This document shows, one piece after another, positions 43,895-55,620 of a DNA stretch of 64,000 nt. The DNA is taken from assembly GCA_030704615.1 (NCBI GenBank), contig CM060734.1, positions 19,530,001 through 19,594,000 of the forward strand. Direction: 5' to 3'. The notes beneath the pieces are model-generated. The model was given only the letters and a program-made list of their open reading frames with translations, searched no databases and was not told the DNA's origin. The stretch comes from Takakia lepidozioides (taxonomy: Eukaryota > Plantae > Bryophyta). How positions within the stretch are numbered: position 1 is the stretch's first letter; the number at the start of each line of letters is the position of its first letter. A program made the translations under genes and the position numbers.

Positions 43895-46358
43895 AAAAAT
43901 CAAGGCATGGCCACTGTCCACAATTTCAGCTGTCCAAACCTGGTTCTTGCAGTGACTAATGAGGGGCAGAAATGCCATGTAGTACCAATTTGTAAGTGGC
44001 TTGCACTGCTTTGTTAAGCAAGAAGAGCTAATTCTTGATTGGGGCTTACTTGAGGCTACATGAGGACTCTGCACAGCAGTTTCAACAGTGATCACAACGA
44101 ACAATAAGATCTGATTCTCCTGCAACTTGAGAAGACTCCTCTTGCCTTCCAAATAGAGTGCAAGAAGATTTGGATGTTCTGTCCACCAGAATTTATGGCA
44201 CATGTAAGCTGATTCCCCATTTCAATTACAGTATTTATGTCAGAGGTTTTCATATATGAGTTTAAGTGCCTGAGGATCGACCCCAGTGCACGCAGCATAC
44301 AGATGGCACAGGGGGGGGGGGGGGTATGCTCTTGGCTCTTGGTATGATTTTCCTGCTCCTTGTGGCCCAGGAGTTTGAAGGCCTTTACTTTCAAAAGTTT
44401 GAATTAGAATGAAGGAGCTTGGATAAAACAAAGTTGTCATGGATTTTTCCAAGCTGTTTGCTCCTCTGTGCTCACTGTGTGTAGGTTAGAAAATTATCTT
44501 TTTTCCTTTCTGTCTGAAATGTTCATGTCATGTGTGTTGCAGGGATGCGAGCAGTTGGGGTTTTCAGCTGAGGAGGAATAGAGTCTATCCGACAGTACCT
44601 GCATCAAGGACAGCACAGGCCTGGGGAATGTGCCTGAATCAAGTCACATCATTGGTAAATAATGTTTACACATTATTTCCTCTTAATCAGACCTTAGATA
44701 TTGGAGGAAAATGGCAATGAACTGTAGAGTCTTTATACTCCACAGTGTAAGGTCTCCAAATCTGATTCTTCAGGACCCACCATATCACAAAGCCTCTGGT
44801 ATCTTGAAGTGACGTCACTGGTCAATACCCTACCATAGGATATTTTGCGGTGCTTCGGCCTGCAGTTGTGCTTTCTTCCACTCTCTAAGACATCACCCCT
44901 CTGAATGGATACCTCCATAGTGCGAATGTACAATGTCATGTGTTAGCTTCTACCTTTCCATGGACTTCAATGCGTTGTGATTTGTCCTCCCTCAGTTACT
45001 CTGACACTTTCTTGAACCCTCTGCTGGATGGATAGTTCCTTGTCCATTAATCTGGAAAGGACGGGATAGGTATGGTGGCAGGAATGAGCTGAAAGAGGCA
45101 GGGATAGAGTGTGGGCACAAAATGATGCTGGACAGGACCAAGCTGAAGAGCATCCACAAGACACAATGATTGATAGCTACAAGAGACCTGCATGGCTTGA
45201 TGCCCGATTGGAGACTACTATAGTGAAAATAGTAGTCTGCAGTCAATTTCAAGAAAGAATCTTGCTCTTGCGTGCACTTTTGATCCCCTGCTTCCTACAG
45301 GCCAAAGTACTCGACCAGCTGACAGTATCCATCTATTCTGCCTGCTTCAATTCCAATTTGCATGAAAAATCTCTCCTGTGCACCAATGTGGAGCGCAGGA
45401 AAGTACAAAGACTCAGGCTTCCAAAGGAACCCTGCCCATCCATTTACACGGAATCGGCAATTGAGATCCAACATCAGACTTGTTCATGTGTCAGTTTTTC
45501 CGATACATTGTGGTCAAGATAAGGGTACAATCTCTCTCTGGTGTCTTAATACAACTCAAGGTACTGCTTACGCATGGGGAGGTCTAACTGACCACCAAGT
45601 ATATGCAATCAAGGGTGGAGATGAATTCGGCGAGATACCCCATGTTGCAGAAGGGGTGCAAGAAGAGGGTGTTTCGACCAGAAGAGGGCCATGACCCTTC
45701 AAAAAGAGTTTTCCAAGAGTCATAGCTTCTGAGTTCAAAGGACACTATATATTTCCATGGGATTTCCAGCCAGAATGTTTCACTCATTTGATGAAGACTT
45801 TTTCTCAGGATTGTGGAGCACTCTAGTCTGCATCTACCCTCTGGCAAAATCATTTTTTGCTACTGTAGAACTGATGATATGGCAGCTGATATTTTGACAA
45901 AGCCCCTTCCGAAACCCAAGCATTATGAGAAACTCTGAACACTTCAGTCAGCGACAGACAAAGTTGACCTGGCCTGGCCAAACTAGATTTTGAGTTCAAG
46001 TTTTTTGTTGTGGACTGGGTGGTGCAGTAGCTTTCTTCTACACCTATTGCCCAGCTCGAGTTGGTACTATCTGATTCTGGAGCTTCCTCCTTTGCGCAAG
46101 CTTGCCTTGTAATCGGCAATCAGTCTCCAGCTTGGGACTCCTTACCAAAAAACAAAAGATTTGCAGGTCCAGATCTTCATCATCTTTCTGGTAGTTTTTC
46201 AACATCGTAACTTTGTTGTCCGAGGGGCATCAAGGGTCTGCTCTTACAAGGCAGCGAAAAGAGTGTCCAGATAGCGCGATCATCTGAGTGGAATTGCTCG
46301 AGAGCAGAAAGTGATCACAACAACAAGTCAGAGTTTTGGTTCCTGAAGAATTGGAAAA

Positions 46359-46979
46359 ATGGAGAAGCCGGAGGACATCAAGGTGGAGAAGATTGTGGAT
46401 TTTCACATCAAGAGAGGGAGAGAAAGGGCGATAGTTGAAGAAGGAAAAGAGAAGCAACATGCGGCGTTGATGTTTCACGTGAACCACCGTCGCAGATGCG
46501 TATGCTACGCACCCCGCATGCCTCTTTACAGTTCTCTTTGGCCATTATACGGGCAAAGACGTCCTCACGAGCCCAAAGTACCCAAGAGGCACGATCATCG
46601 TCTCTTTGCATTGACAGGAATATGGAACTTTTCGGAGTTTAGATGGAAAACCATCGAAATACTTGAGTGTGACTTTGCAACAAAGGCGTGGAACCAGTTG
46701 GCCGCTATGCCTTATGATTTTCTCAGGGCTCATTTCAATGTTTCAGATTGGGACGTGATGAATGCACACTCATTTGAGGGTCGCATCTTCATTTGCAGGA
46801 AGGATGCCTGGCTGCAAGGCGCAATTTATGATATCGATAAGAAGACGTGGGACTTGGACTGGCGATTTCCCATTCAGCCAGGTGCTGTTGCCTGGTTCAG
46901 CGCCATCCCTCCCGTCGATCAGCAACTCGATCGGGTGCCTTGGGAGAAACATCTAAAACATTGCTTCACGCAGATTTGA
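46359..46979 (+). CDS. Divergent kelch/F-box-associated beta-propeller C-terminal fragment, possibly a pseudogene
   Basis: IEILECDFATKAWNQLAAMP..GRIFI..GAIYDIDKKTW pattern. No clear F-box found upstream. Confidence 0.45.
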   Translation: MEKPEDIKVEKIVDFHIKRGRERAIVEEGKEKQHAALMFHVNHRRRCVCYAPRMPLYSSLWPLYGQRRPHEPKVPKRHDHRLFALTGIWNFSEFRWKTIEILECDFATKAWNQLAAMPYDFLRAHFNVSDWDVMNAHSFEGRIFICRKDAWLQGAIYDIDKKTWDLDWRFPIQPGAVAWFSAIPPVDQQLDRVPWEKHLKHCFTQI

Positions 46980-47780
46980 CTTAGATTTGATTTCAAATCT
47001 CAAGTTTTGATGCTCATTACAACGGTAGCAATCTTACTCCTCCGCTATCTAACCATACAGGACATAATATTTCCTAGTACTGAGATGTAGTTGATGCGAG
47101 GTAGGTAGATCAGGGGGCTTATTACCCTTGGGAAAGGAGTAGGCACAAGATTTCAAGACTGATCAGATGCTTCAAAGGTTAGTACCTGCAGCATACTTAA
47201 CACATTTGAAGATTACAACGCCTTCCTACTTCTGGATGCCGGGAATGTTCTAGGGGAAGCTGGAACATCAGAATGGCCTTGGTTTAAACTGAAATTTTTT
47301 TATCTGTAAGTCCAGAAGTAAATCCCTTGTAGTTGTCCATCAGATGTACATCTAGAACACCATAAAAACACAATCACTGGAGTCCTTTGATGGAGGTTGA
47401 AATGCTAGATTCAAACCACAGCTTCTTGGCCGCGAGCTTGATATTATTAGAGATGGCTCGGCATGTACAGATTACACACAAAAGCAAGCTCAAAAAAATG
47501 TCTGCACTGCCAGAGAAAGGATGTGTCCCGATGGACGAAGAACCATCTACTGACCACGGGTTCAGCTGTCAATTAACTAGTGGATACACTATAACAGAAG
47601 CGCTGACAAGTAAGACTGTAAAGTGCATATATTCATATATATTCGATCTAGTTGTCCACTTCACGTTCTGAGCGACCCTCTGCATGTGATCATGCTTTCT
47701 CTTGAGTGATCGAATGCGTAGAAGCACCACAATTCTGGTTTAGACGTCGTCAACTATGTTTCAAGCAGCCTAAACAGTTC

Positions 47781-48446
47781 TTAAAGAAGCTTCCGGTTGA
47801 TTACACCTGAAGGAACCGCGACACCTGCACACATCACGAGCGCTTGTCACATCTCTCCCCATGTACAAATAATAAATCTGAAGAAAAGCTCTCCCTACGG
47901 AGGCTAACTATGTTGTTTCTGGGTTGAATAAAACATGGGTCATGTCGAACGGACCGAACACGAACCAAATGGAAACTCAAAAAATGTATCCAGGAGCGAG
48001 GCATCCACTAATCGATCGGCATGTCATCAATAGCAAAAAGAGAGAGAGAGAGAGAGAGCATTACAAGACAAATTCAACTTTCTTCATAAACGAAGCTAGG
48101 AAGGAGTGTAGCTGGAGAGACTAGTGAACGTACCAGCACATTTGAAGCCGGGGGGCACATAGCGATGACATTTGTGCGGTAGAAGAAGGGCCGCCCGCAT
48201 ATTGATTCCACCGGGATAGGTTCCAGATCCTTGGACGTTCTTGCAGAGACAGGTCGCGCTCACAGACCTCACGACTTGGCAACATCCTACGGAGGGGAAT
48301 GGGGGGTTAGCGCCCGACACAGCCGTTAGACAGGGTAGGAGAGCGGCAAGAGTGTTACTGGGGCAAGTTGTTTGAGCTTCAACAATTGTTGTCAGTCCAA
48401 CAAGCACCAGAAGAAAAACTCCCAGGGTCCTGGCAGTGGGCGCCAT
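47781..48446 (-). CDS. Non-specific lipid-transfer protein, type D
   Basis: Signal peptide plus an 8-Cys motif (C..C..CC..CLC..C..C). The intron lies 4 nt after the last Cys codon: exon 1 is 48446-48134 and exon 2 is 47824-47781, encoding GVAVPSGVINRKLL*. A TATA-like sequence lies at about 48555. Confidence 0.9.
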
Positions 48447-49867
48447 GGCCAGTTAGCCGAAGAGATACAGACACAGATAATCTGAAGGAGAGACAGATCC
48501 CCAACCAGACTCTACTCACCAAAGCATAGGTCTACGTACACAAAATGTGGGAGTTATATATATTGCAGACCTCTACTACGACGGCAGACGGAGGAGAGTG
48601 ATGAGGTCATTCAAAAGGGAACTAGTGATGCCGCGTGATCTCCTGTGCAGAGCACTCGTGCAGTAAAGGCTTGCACTGAATGCCATGCTCCTCATAAACT
48701 CCGATCATATTGGCCAACTCTGGCGCCCAACTGTTTTCAGATTCCTGCGCTAATGCACCACCCTCCTCGGATAGCAAAGTCCCTTTCTTTCCGAAAACTT
48801 TCACACACGGTTCCCGCCGTTACTTCAAATTTCATGTCTTAACTTCGACTCACTTTGGAATGAATCTTTCCTGCTAATTTTGGGTGCCCACCAACCCAGA
48901 GTGCAGTGGTCAGAAGGGTGCTTCCACGTTTGAGAACGTAATGCAAAACAGACTTATTAGTGAAGGATAACTGTGATGGGGTGTTGATGCTCGTTTGAAG
49001 GAGCATTTGGGGCGAAGAGTGTGCTGAAATCTTAGGAGGCTGCTTGTAAGAGCTGAAACTTGTATTGCCAAAGATCGCTGGGCTCAAGGGATGTTTCTTC
49101 ATGTGCATTGAAGACTCCAGGGAAAGAGAATACATAACATTAGAAAACTGATTAATGACGTTGCCGTCTGCAGCAGCATTGGTGCCGCCACAGTTGGAGA
49201 GTGGGGCCAGTCCATCATAAATTATAAATGGCCAAAACGAGTGGAAGTTGATGCACTGTGCCATGCTGCACCCACTCTCTCTCACTTCACATTTATGCTC
49301 TGCTTAGTCGCCACCTCACACACAACACACAACGCACAACCCACCTTGCATTATTTATTTTTGTAATACTGTTGTCTTACATGCCTATATCCCAACAGAA
49401 CTGGCAAGGAACTTTCACCACCCCTCCTCACTCCATTGAGGGTACACCTCTACCACATTTGATCCATGAAGATGAGCCCTGCAATACCTATGATGGGGCC
49501 TCCCACTTCTACTGGATTACCAAAATTTACAACTTTTCACCGTTGATTTTAGATATTATAATTCTAGCGACGACCGAAGGTCGGAAGCTAGTTTAGCGTA
49601 GAGCAGGAATAGGGTGCCAAAGTGCCACGTTTTCATCACCACGTCATCGTCGCCACGTTTCGTCGTCAAATTCTGTCGAGTCTGCCCGGACTGCCCGCCC
49701 AAAATACGCCAATAGAAATTGTCGCGCCAACGTTTTCGGAACTGCCCGAAATGCCCGAACTTGTCACTCGCAAGCGCTGCTGCTTCTTTCTCGCTCGCTG
49801 TCTTCGTTTGTGTTTGCATGTCTCTGTGCGCGTCTGCCTTGGTGCGCTAGGTGTGGTTGCTGAAATC

Positions 49868-52800
49868 ATGGCTGGTCTGGAGGGATAGCACCAACAATGC
49901 AGGAGAAATTCACAACGAGGAGGAGAAGAAGCCTTTGGAGGGGGGGAGGTCACATTAATCTGAAAGTGAAGGGTCAGGTAATGGAAGCCCGTGGCATTTT
50001 TGTAGGGTTTGTTTCCCTGTTGGGCTTGAAGTCGTTAGAGAATGGCACTTCTGGGCACGTGAAGATGCTTTGTGCGGCAGGTAGTCTGACAGAGCCTCTA
50101 TAGACTTTAAACCAAGGAGACATTTCAGCAGATTCGGACACATATGTCTGTCTCTTGCATCAAGATGGACGGTCTGGAAGCTGGAAAGCAGATGCACACT
50201 CACGGATATGTCATCCTGTAATCTATCCGAGACTATGCATAGTGTGTGGAATGCGCAATCCGGCAAGAACGGACGGGACCTGTATGTTGCCACTTCGGAT
50301 GCCATGGTCCGAGCGCTTTCGCAACACACACGGTACCGGGATTTCCTTCGTGGACGCGGTTCTGGTAAGGGGCCAGACAGGGCAGAGTTGCAGTTGAGGG
50401 CTGCAAACAGATGCAAAAATCCTGTTAGAATGGCAAAGGTTGTAAACGAATGCACAGTGGGAACACCTTTGCAATCCAGACATCCTCATCTAGAAGTGGA
50501 TTCGCTCCAAAAGTTTTTCTACTCGACACCCTTGTCAACATGTATCTTAAGTGCGGGAGCATCATGGATGCTCACCAAGTGTTCAACAGAATGCTTCAAC
50601 GTTCTTTTGATCACGTGGAATATAATGTTGGCAGGATTCACCAAGCATGGGTGTGGTAGGAATGCTTTGGAGAGCTATGAGCAAATGCTGCTCGAAGGGG
50701 TGGGTTGGACGATATGTGGTTTCATGGAACGCCATGATTGCAGAATATGCTCAGCATGGGTGTGTTAGGGAGGCTTTCGAGATCTATGAGCTAATGCATC
50801 GGTTGGGGGTGATGCCCAACAGGGTCACTTTCACTTCTGTGCTCAATGCATGTGCCAGTCTAGGAGACCTAGAGAAGGGCAAAGAGATCATGCTGATATC
50901 ATTAGAGGTGAAATTGCAGCAGATAGCATTCTGGAGATTGCCCTCACTGACATGTTTGTCAAATGCGGGGGCATGGAGAATGCGCGTCAAGTGTTCTACA
51001 AAATGGCGGAACGAGATGTTGTATTATGCTCCATGATTACAGGCTACATTGGAGGTGGGTTCTCAAGGTCTATGCCAGTGTGGCAGCCCTTGAGAAGGGC
51101 AAAGAGATCCATGCTGACATTATCAAGCCAAAATTGTGTCAGATACCAAATGTCATTCGACAGTATGGCTGAACGAGATGTGGTGTCCTGGAGTGCGATG
51201 ATTGCAGGATATGCACAGCAAGGCTTTGGAGACCTATGAGCAAATGATGTGCGAAGGGGGTGAAGCCACATGACATTTGTTTGCATTTGCAATGTGTGTG
51301 CAAGCATGGGAGCCCTGGAAAAGTGCAAAGAGGTGCACGGTGATCGTCAAATCCATCATCTTCAAATTATGTCTTAAGCGATCCATCGGAAGTTCCAGAA
51401 AGTAGTTGAAAAGCGATTACTTTTGCTCATGTTAGGGCAATTCAATTTTAAGCTTAGTAACGTAACCTCTCTCTTTGCCAAGCTACTTGTTTTGAAGTGG
51501 GGTACATTTGCAGGTTCTTTCCTGTCCAAAAAAATCGAGCACTGTGGGAGCATTGAGGATGCCAAGGGAGTGTTCAACCTATGGCTGAACGAGATGTGGT
51601 GTCGTGGAACGCAATGCTTGCAAGGTGTGCACAGCAGGGGCACGGGATGGGGCTTTGGAGACCTATCAGCAAATGATGGGAGAAGGGGTGAAGCTCGACC
51701 ACATCATGTTTGTGTGCATTTGCAGTGCGTGTGCAAGCCTGGCAGCCTAGAAAAGTGCAAAGAGGTCCATGGTTGCATCGTCAAATCTGGAATTGTACCC
51801 GGTGTCATGTTGAACACTGCCCTAGTGGACATGTATGTCAAATGTGGGTGCATTAAGGATGCCAAGGGAGTGTTCGACAGTATGGCTGAACGAGAGGTGG
51901 TATTGTGGAGTGCGATGATTGCATGATATGCACAGCAGGGACGCATTTGGGGAAAGCACGTCATGTTTGTGTGCATTTGCAATGCTTGTGCAAGTCTGGC
52001 AGCCCTGGAGAAGGGCAAAAAGGTGCATGGGGATATCGTCAAAGCTGGAATTGTACCAAACGTCATTCTAAACACTGCCCTGGCAGCTCTAGAAAAGGGG
52101 AAAGAGGTCCATGGCGACATCTTCAGAGCTGGAATTGTACCAGCTGTCATTCTGAACAATACCCTGGTGGACATGTTTGCAAAATGTGGGTGTATCTAGG
52201 ATGCAAAGGGAGTGTTCGACACTATGGCTGAACGAGGTGTGGTGCGTGCAGGGTATGCACAGCAGGGACGTGGGATGGAGGCTTTGGAGACCTATGAGCA
52301 AATGATGTGCGACGGGGTGAAGCCCAACCACATCACGTTTGTGTGTGTTTGCAGTGCGTGTGCAAGCCTGGCAGCCCTGGAAAAGGGCGAAGAGGTGCAT
52401 CGTCAGAGCTGGAATTGTACCAGATGTGATCCTGAACACTGCCCTGGTGGACATGTATGCCAAATGTGGGTGCATGGAGGATGCAAAGGGAGTATTCGAC
52501 AATATGGCTGAATGAAATGTGGTGTCGTGGAATGCAATGATCGCAGGATATGCACAGCATGGTTGTCATAGGGAGGTCCTGCAACTATTTGAATGAATGC
52601 AAAAGAACGGCTTAAAGCAGTATGTGTTCTCTCTGTATGCAGCCACACTGGCCTTCTGAATGAAGGAAGACGCTACTTCGATTCCCTGATTCAAGATCAT
52701 GGTGTCACTCCGACAGTATAGCACTTTGGCTGCATGGTGGACCTTCTTGGACGTGTGGGACAACTGGATGAGGCAGTGGACCTGAACGTGCGGCAACATC

Positions 52801-53048
52801 TATCCTCAAGTGGAATGAACAGGATGTCGCGACTTATGTTGCTATCAAACATCTATGTTGTAGCTGGCAGGTGGGTTGATACTGTAAAGGTGAAAAGAAT
52901 GATGAAGGTCAGAGGGGTTGAAAAGGAGCCAGGTCGCTGCTGCATTGAGGTTTGCAACAGGGTGCACACCTTCGTTGTAGATGACAAGTTGCATCCCAGA
53001 ATTAAGGAAATCCATGCTGAGCTGAGAAGATTGTCTGGAAAGATGAAG
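49868..53048 (+). pseudogene. PLS-E class PPR gene, heavily frameshifted and truncated before the DYW catalytic core
   Basis: Many near-identical P-L-S triplets (VVSWNAMIAGYAQ.G, VKPNHITFVC..ACASLAALEKGKEVH, NTALVDMY.KCG). E-domain and PG-box sequence LLSNIY..GRW..KEPGRCCIEV..HPRIKEIHAELRRLSGKMK stops abruptly at an insertion. The 5' boundary is approximate. Confidence 0.9.
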
Positions 53049-54890
53049 GTGATTTGCCAGGAGCCGTTTTCCAGATTACCTATGATTAAAAAATAAAAAA
53101 AATGGATTGTAAGAGCTTGCAGTCATGAATTTATTAAATAATTTCTTGAAAATTAGGACCGCAAGCTTTGGCGGTCCTGATTTATCCCATTTTTTTTTAA
53201 TATTTCGGGACCGCCAAAGCTGGCGGTCTCGATTAATTATATTTAAAAGAAAAATCAGGACCGCTACAGTTGGCTTTTCGGAATTTATAAAATAAGTTTT
53301 TAAAAAATCTTTGGCGATCCCGATTTATTAAATTTTTTTTTTAAATTTGAGACCGCCCGATTTATTATATATTTATTTTTAAATTTGAGGCCGCTAGATC
53401 TTGCGATCACAATTTTTTTTCTTAAAATAGTTTCTTAAAATTTTGGACCACCAGATATGATATGGCGGCTTACTGGTAAACTGTACAATATAAAAATTAA
53501 AATTAGAAAATAATTACAAAACATAAAGTCAATTTTTGAGGTGATGTGACGCACATCTGGACATGACTTCAAACGTGACGCTGACGTGTTAACGCCACAT
53601 CACGTCGTTTTGTGCAACTAGGGGTGATTGAATGAAAAAGGTTAAAAATGATTTCTAACAATTCCGTGTATTATCAAATTAGTGCCCAAGATAAATGATG
53701 AACTCATTTTCTTGTGGAATTGTCCTCTGGTTTTAATCCGACAACATATAGGGATTACAAAAATGGTCAAAGTGTTTCAATGTAGGCAATTGTAAAACTT
53801 GTGATTTCTAGATGTTTTTATAGTACGTCTAAATATCATCACTGATTGTTATCTATTCAAAAACTTTGGTTTGTATAGAGATCATTGCCTTCACGTGTGT
53901 CAAGTGTCACTAAACATTATCATGAACCACAACCAACTAAACAAATCACGTGCTACCACCCATAGAAGATGCACCCGAACCATCAGTGGCTTTCACACAT
54001 CCGCAAACAGAGCGGCTATCTGAAGCTTGGGTTTGCATTACCAACTCCCGACCTATTTCCTGATCGCTTTGAAAACTCTACGAGGTGATTCTCTCGGTCA
54101 TCGTCATCTTTAGCGTCTCCATTTATTTGATTCCATAACCAAACTCTTTGATGGCACTTGCAATGGCAGTAGAACCTCCAGACAAATGTCGCTTATTTGA
54201 ATTTAGACGACCTTGCACACCTGACAACTTACAAGTTGCCGTCCTATGAGTGACAGGTGCAGTGGAAGGATTGCCGGACGTAGTGCCTGCCATCACATTT
54301 GGTGTTGTTCCAGAACCAGTGCCTCTAAATATATGAGCCTGTAGTCGTAAAAGACTGAATGGGACATTATCAAATTGTGTATCTGACACGAATGCAACAT
54401 CATCAAGATCAATGGTTTGGGGAGGATTGTTGCGCACTCGCTAGTCAATACCTCCAAGAATCTCATTCACCTTTGTCATGCATCCAAGAACGCCATCAAA
54501 TGTTTGGTACCATGGCCACTCAGTAGGAGGAGCACCTATTGCATTACATTTTTGTTTTTTTTTCTTCTCCATACGCATCCTTAAGCTTGTTCACCTTGTC
54601 GCGGCACTGTTTCCAAGAACGATGGGGCGCATTGGGAAACCCTACATTAAGTCTGTCAGCAATGTATGTCTAATCTTTTGCTCTCAAAGGTGCACGCTCG
54701 TGATCCCAATATTTTTCCTCCCAAAGATCTAACAACAAAAGGGTTGTATCATTTGTCCAACCTCGTGCAACATTCTTCTTTTCAATATGAAGGTGTGGCA
54801 TTTTCACACCGACAATCACTAGCAACTGACTACTTTGAATTGAGCAATCGCTTTGAGGACCTTCCAGTCGAAACGGGAGGGTGAAGCTCC
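53049..54890 (-). mobile_element. DNA transposon fragment (PIF/Harbinger- or MULE-like) carrying a trihelix Myb/SANT pseudogene
   Basis: AT-rich end with repeated GGACCGC..GCGGTC hairpins (53155-53470). About 54790-54440 reads RGWTNDTTLLLLDLWEEKY..AKD*TYIADRLN..RSWKQCRDKVNKLKDAY..EWPWYQTFDGVLG. Confidence 0.65.
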
Positions 54891-55413
54891 GCAGGTTGGA
54901 AAATGTGTGCAAGTCCATAGGACATGTCAATGGATTGGAATAATATGAGTGAGTAAGCTGGAATGTATGGATAAGCAAGGCAAGAATATCTTGGGGTATG
55001 GCATGGTGTGCGCATGCCATTTCTAGTCGGGTGAGGGATCGTGGCTTCTTGGGGGGGGTGTCTTTGAGGTAGCAGTCTACGAGCCAATATAATTCGGTCG
55101 CGAAGTCTTGTTTTGGGGGTTGTAAAGATTGTGGGTAGGAGTTTGCAGCAGAATACTTCTCTCACAACCATGTTAATCTGTTATTAGGAATGAGTCCAAT
55201 GAAGCGGCCGTGTTGAGCGTAAATATTGGAAAGGCGGGGGCCCATGTGAATTAGAGGTTGGTCATGCTTGACATCTTTGTCGGGGTTACACTCAGTTATG
55301 CAGATGTGCACGTTAGGGGCAGAGATCAGCTGGTGAATGTATCGACTATCTGTAAGTTGGGCGGGGGTGGTGTGTTGTTGGTGAATGTGTGTTAAGTAGT
55401 CTATATTAGTATG

Positions 55414-55620
55414 TTTATGGAAAGAGGTGAGAAGGGCAAGATTGTGTTCGGGGTCACAATCGTCTTGTGGGCCAAATAGGTCATCTTCTATCTGCCATGT
55501 GTTGTCTTCTGAGGAATAACCAGCCCATTTACAGTGGTAGTAGGTGTCAATACAGGTGGCACCGAAGGCATCAATTGATGTTTGGGTTTTGACTCCTAGT
55601 ATGGCTTCAATGATGTATGC
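55414..55620 (-). other. Chromodomain within LINE ORF2
   Basis: AYIIEAILGVK..DTYYHCKWAGYSSEDNTWQIEDDL..LLTSFHK. Confidence 0.88.

Noticed and set aside
45540-45760. Possible F-box motif upstream of the kelch-like ORF
   Set aside because: Only vague similarity, across frameshifts.
48622-49596. Short ORFs between the LTP and PPR genes
   Set aside because: No motifs or splice support.
53155-53470. Spaced palindromic repeats superficially like a CRISPR array
   Set aside because: The context is eukaryotic, the repeats are degenerate, the spacers are just A/T tracts and there are no cas genes. Better explained as transposon subterminal repeats.
54670-55020. In-frame LINE-Myb chimeric ORF as a new fusion gene
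   Set aside because: It stops in the middle of the trihelix domain and both parents are degenerate; a by-product of deletion.
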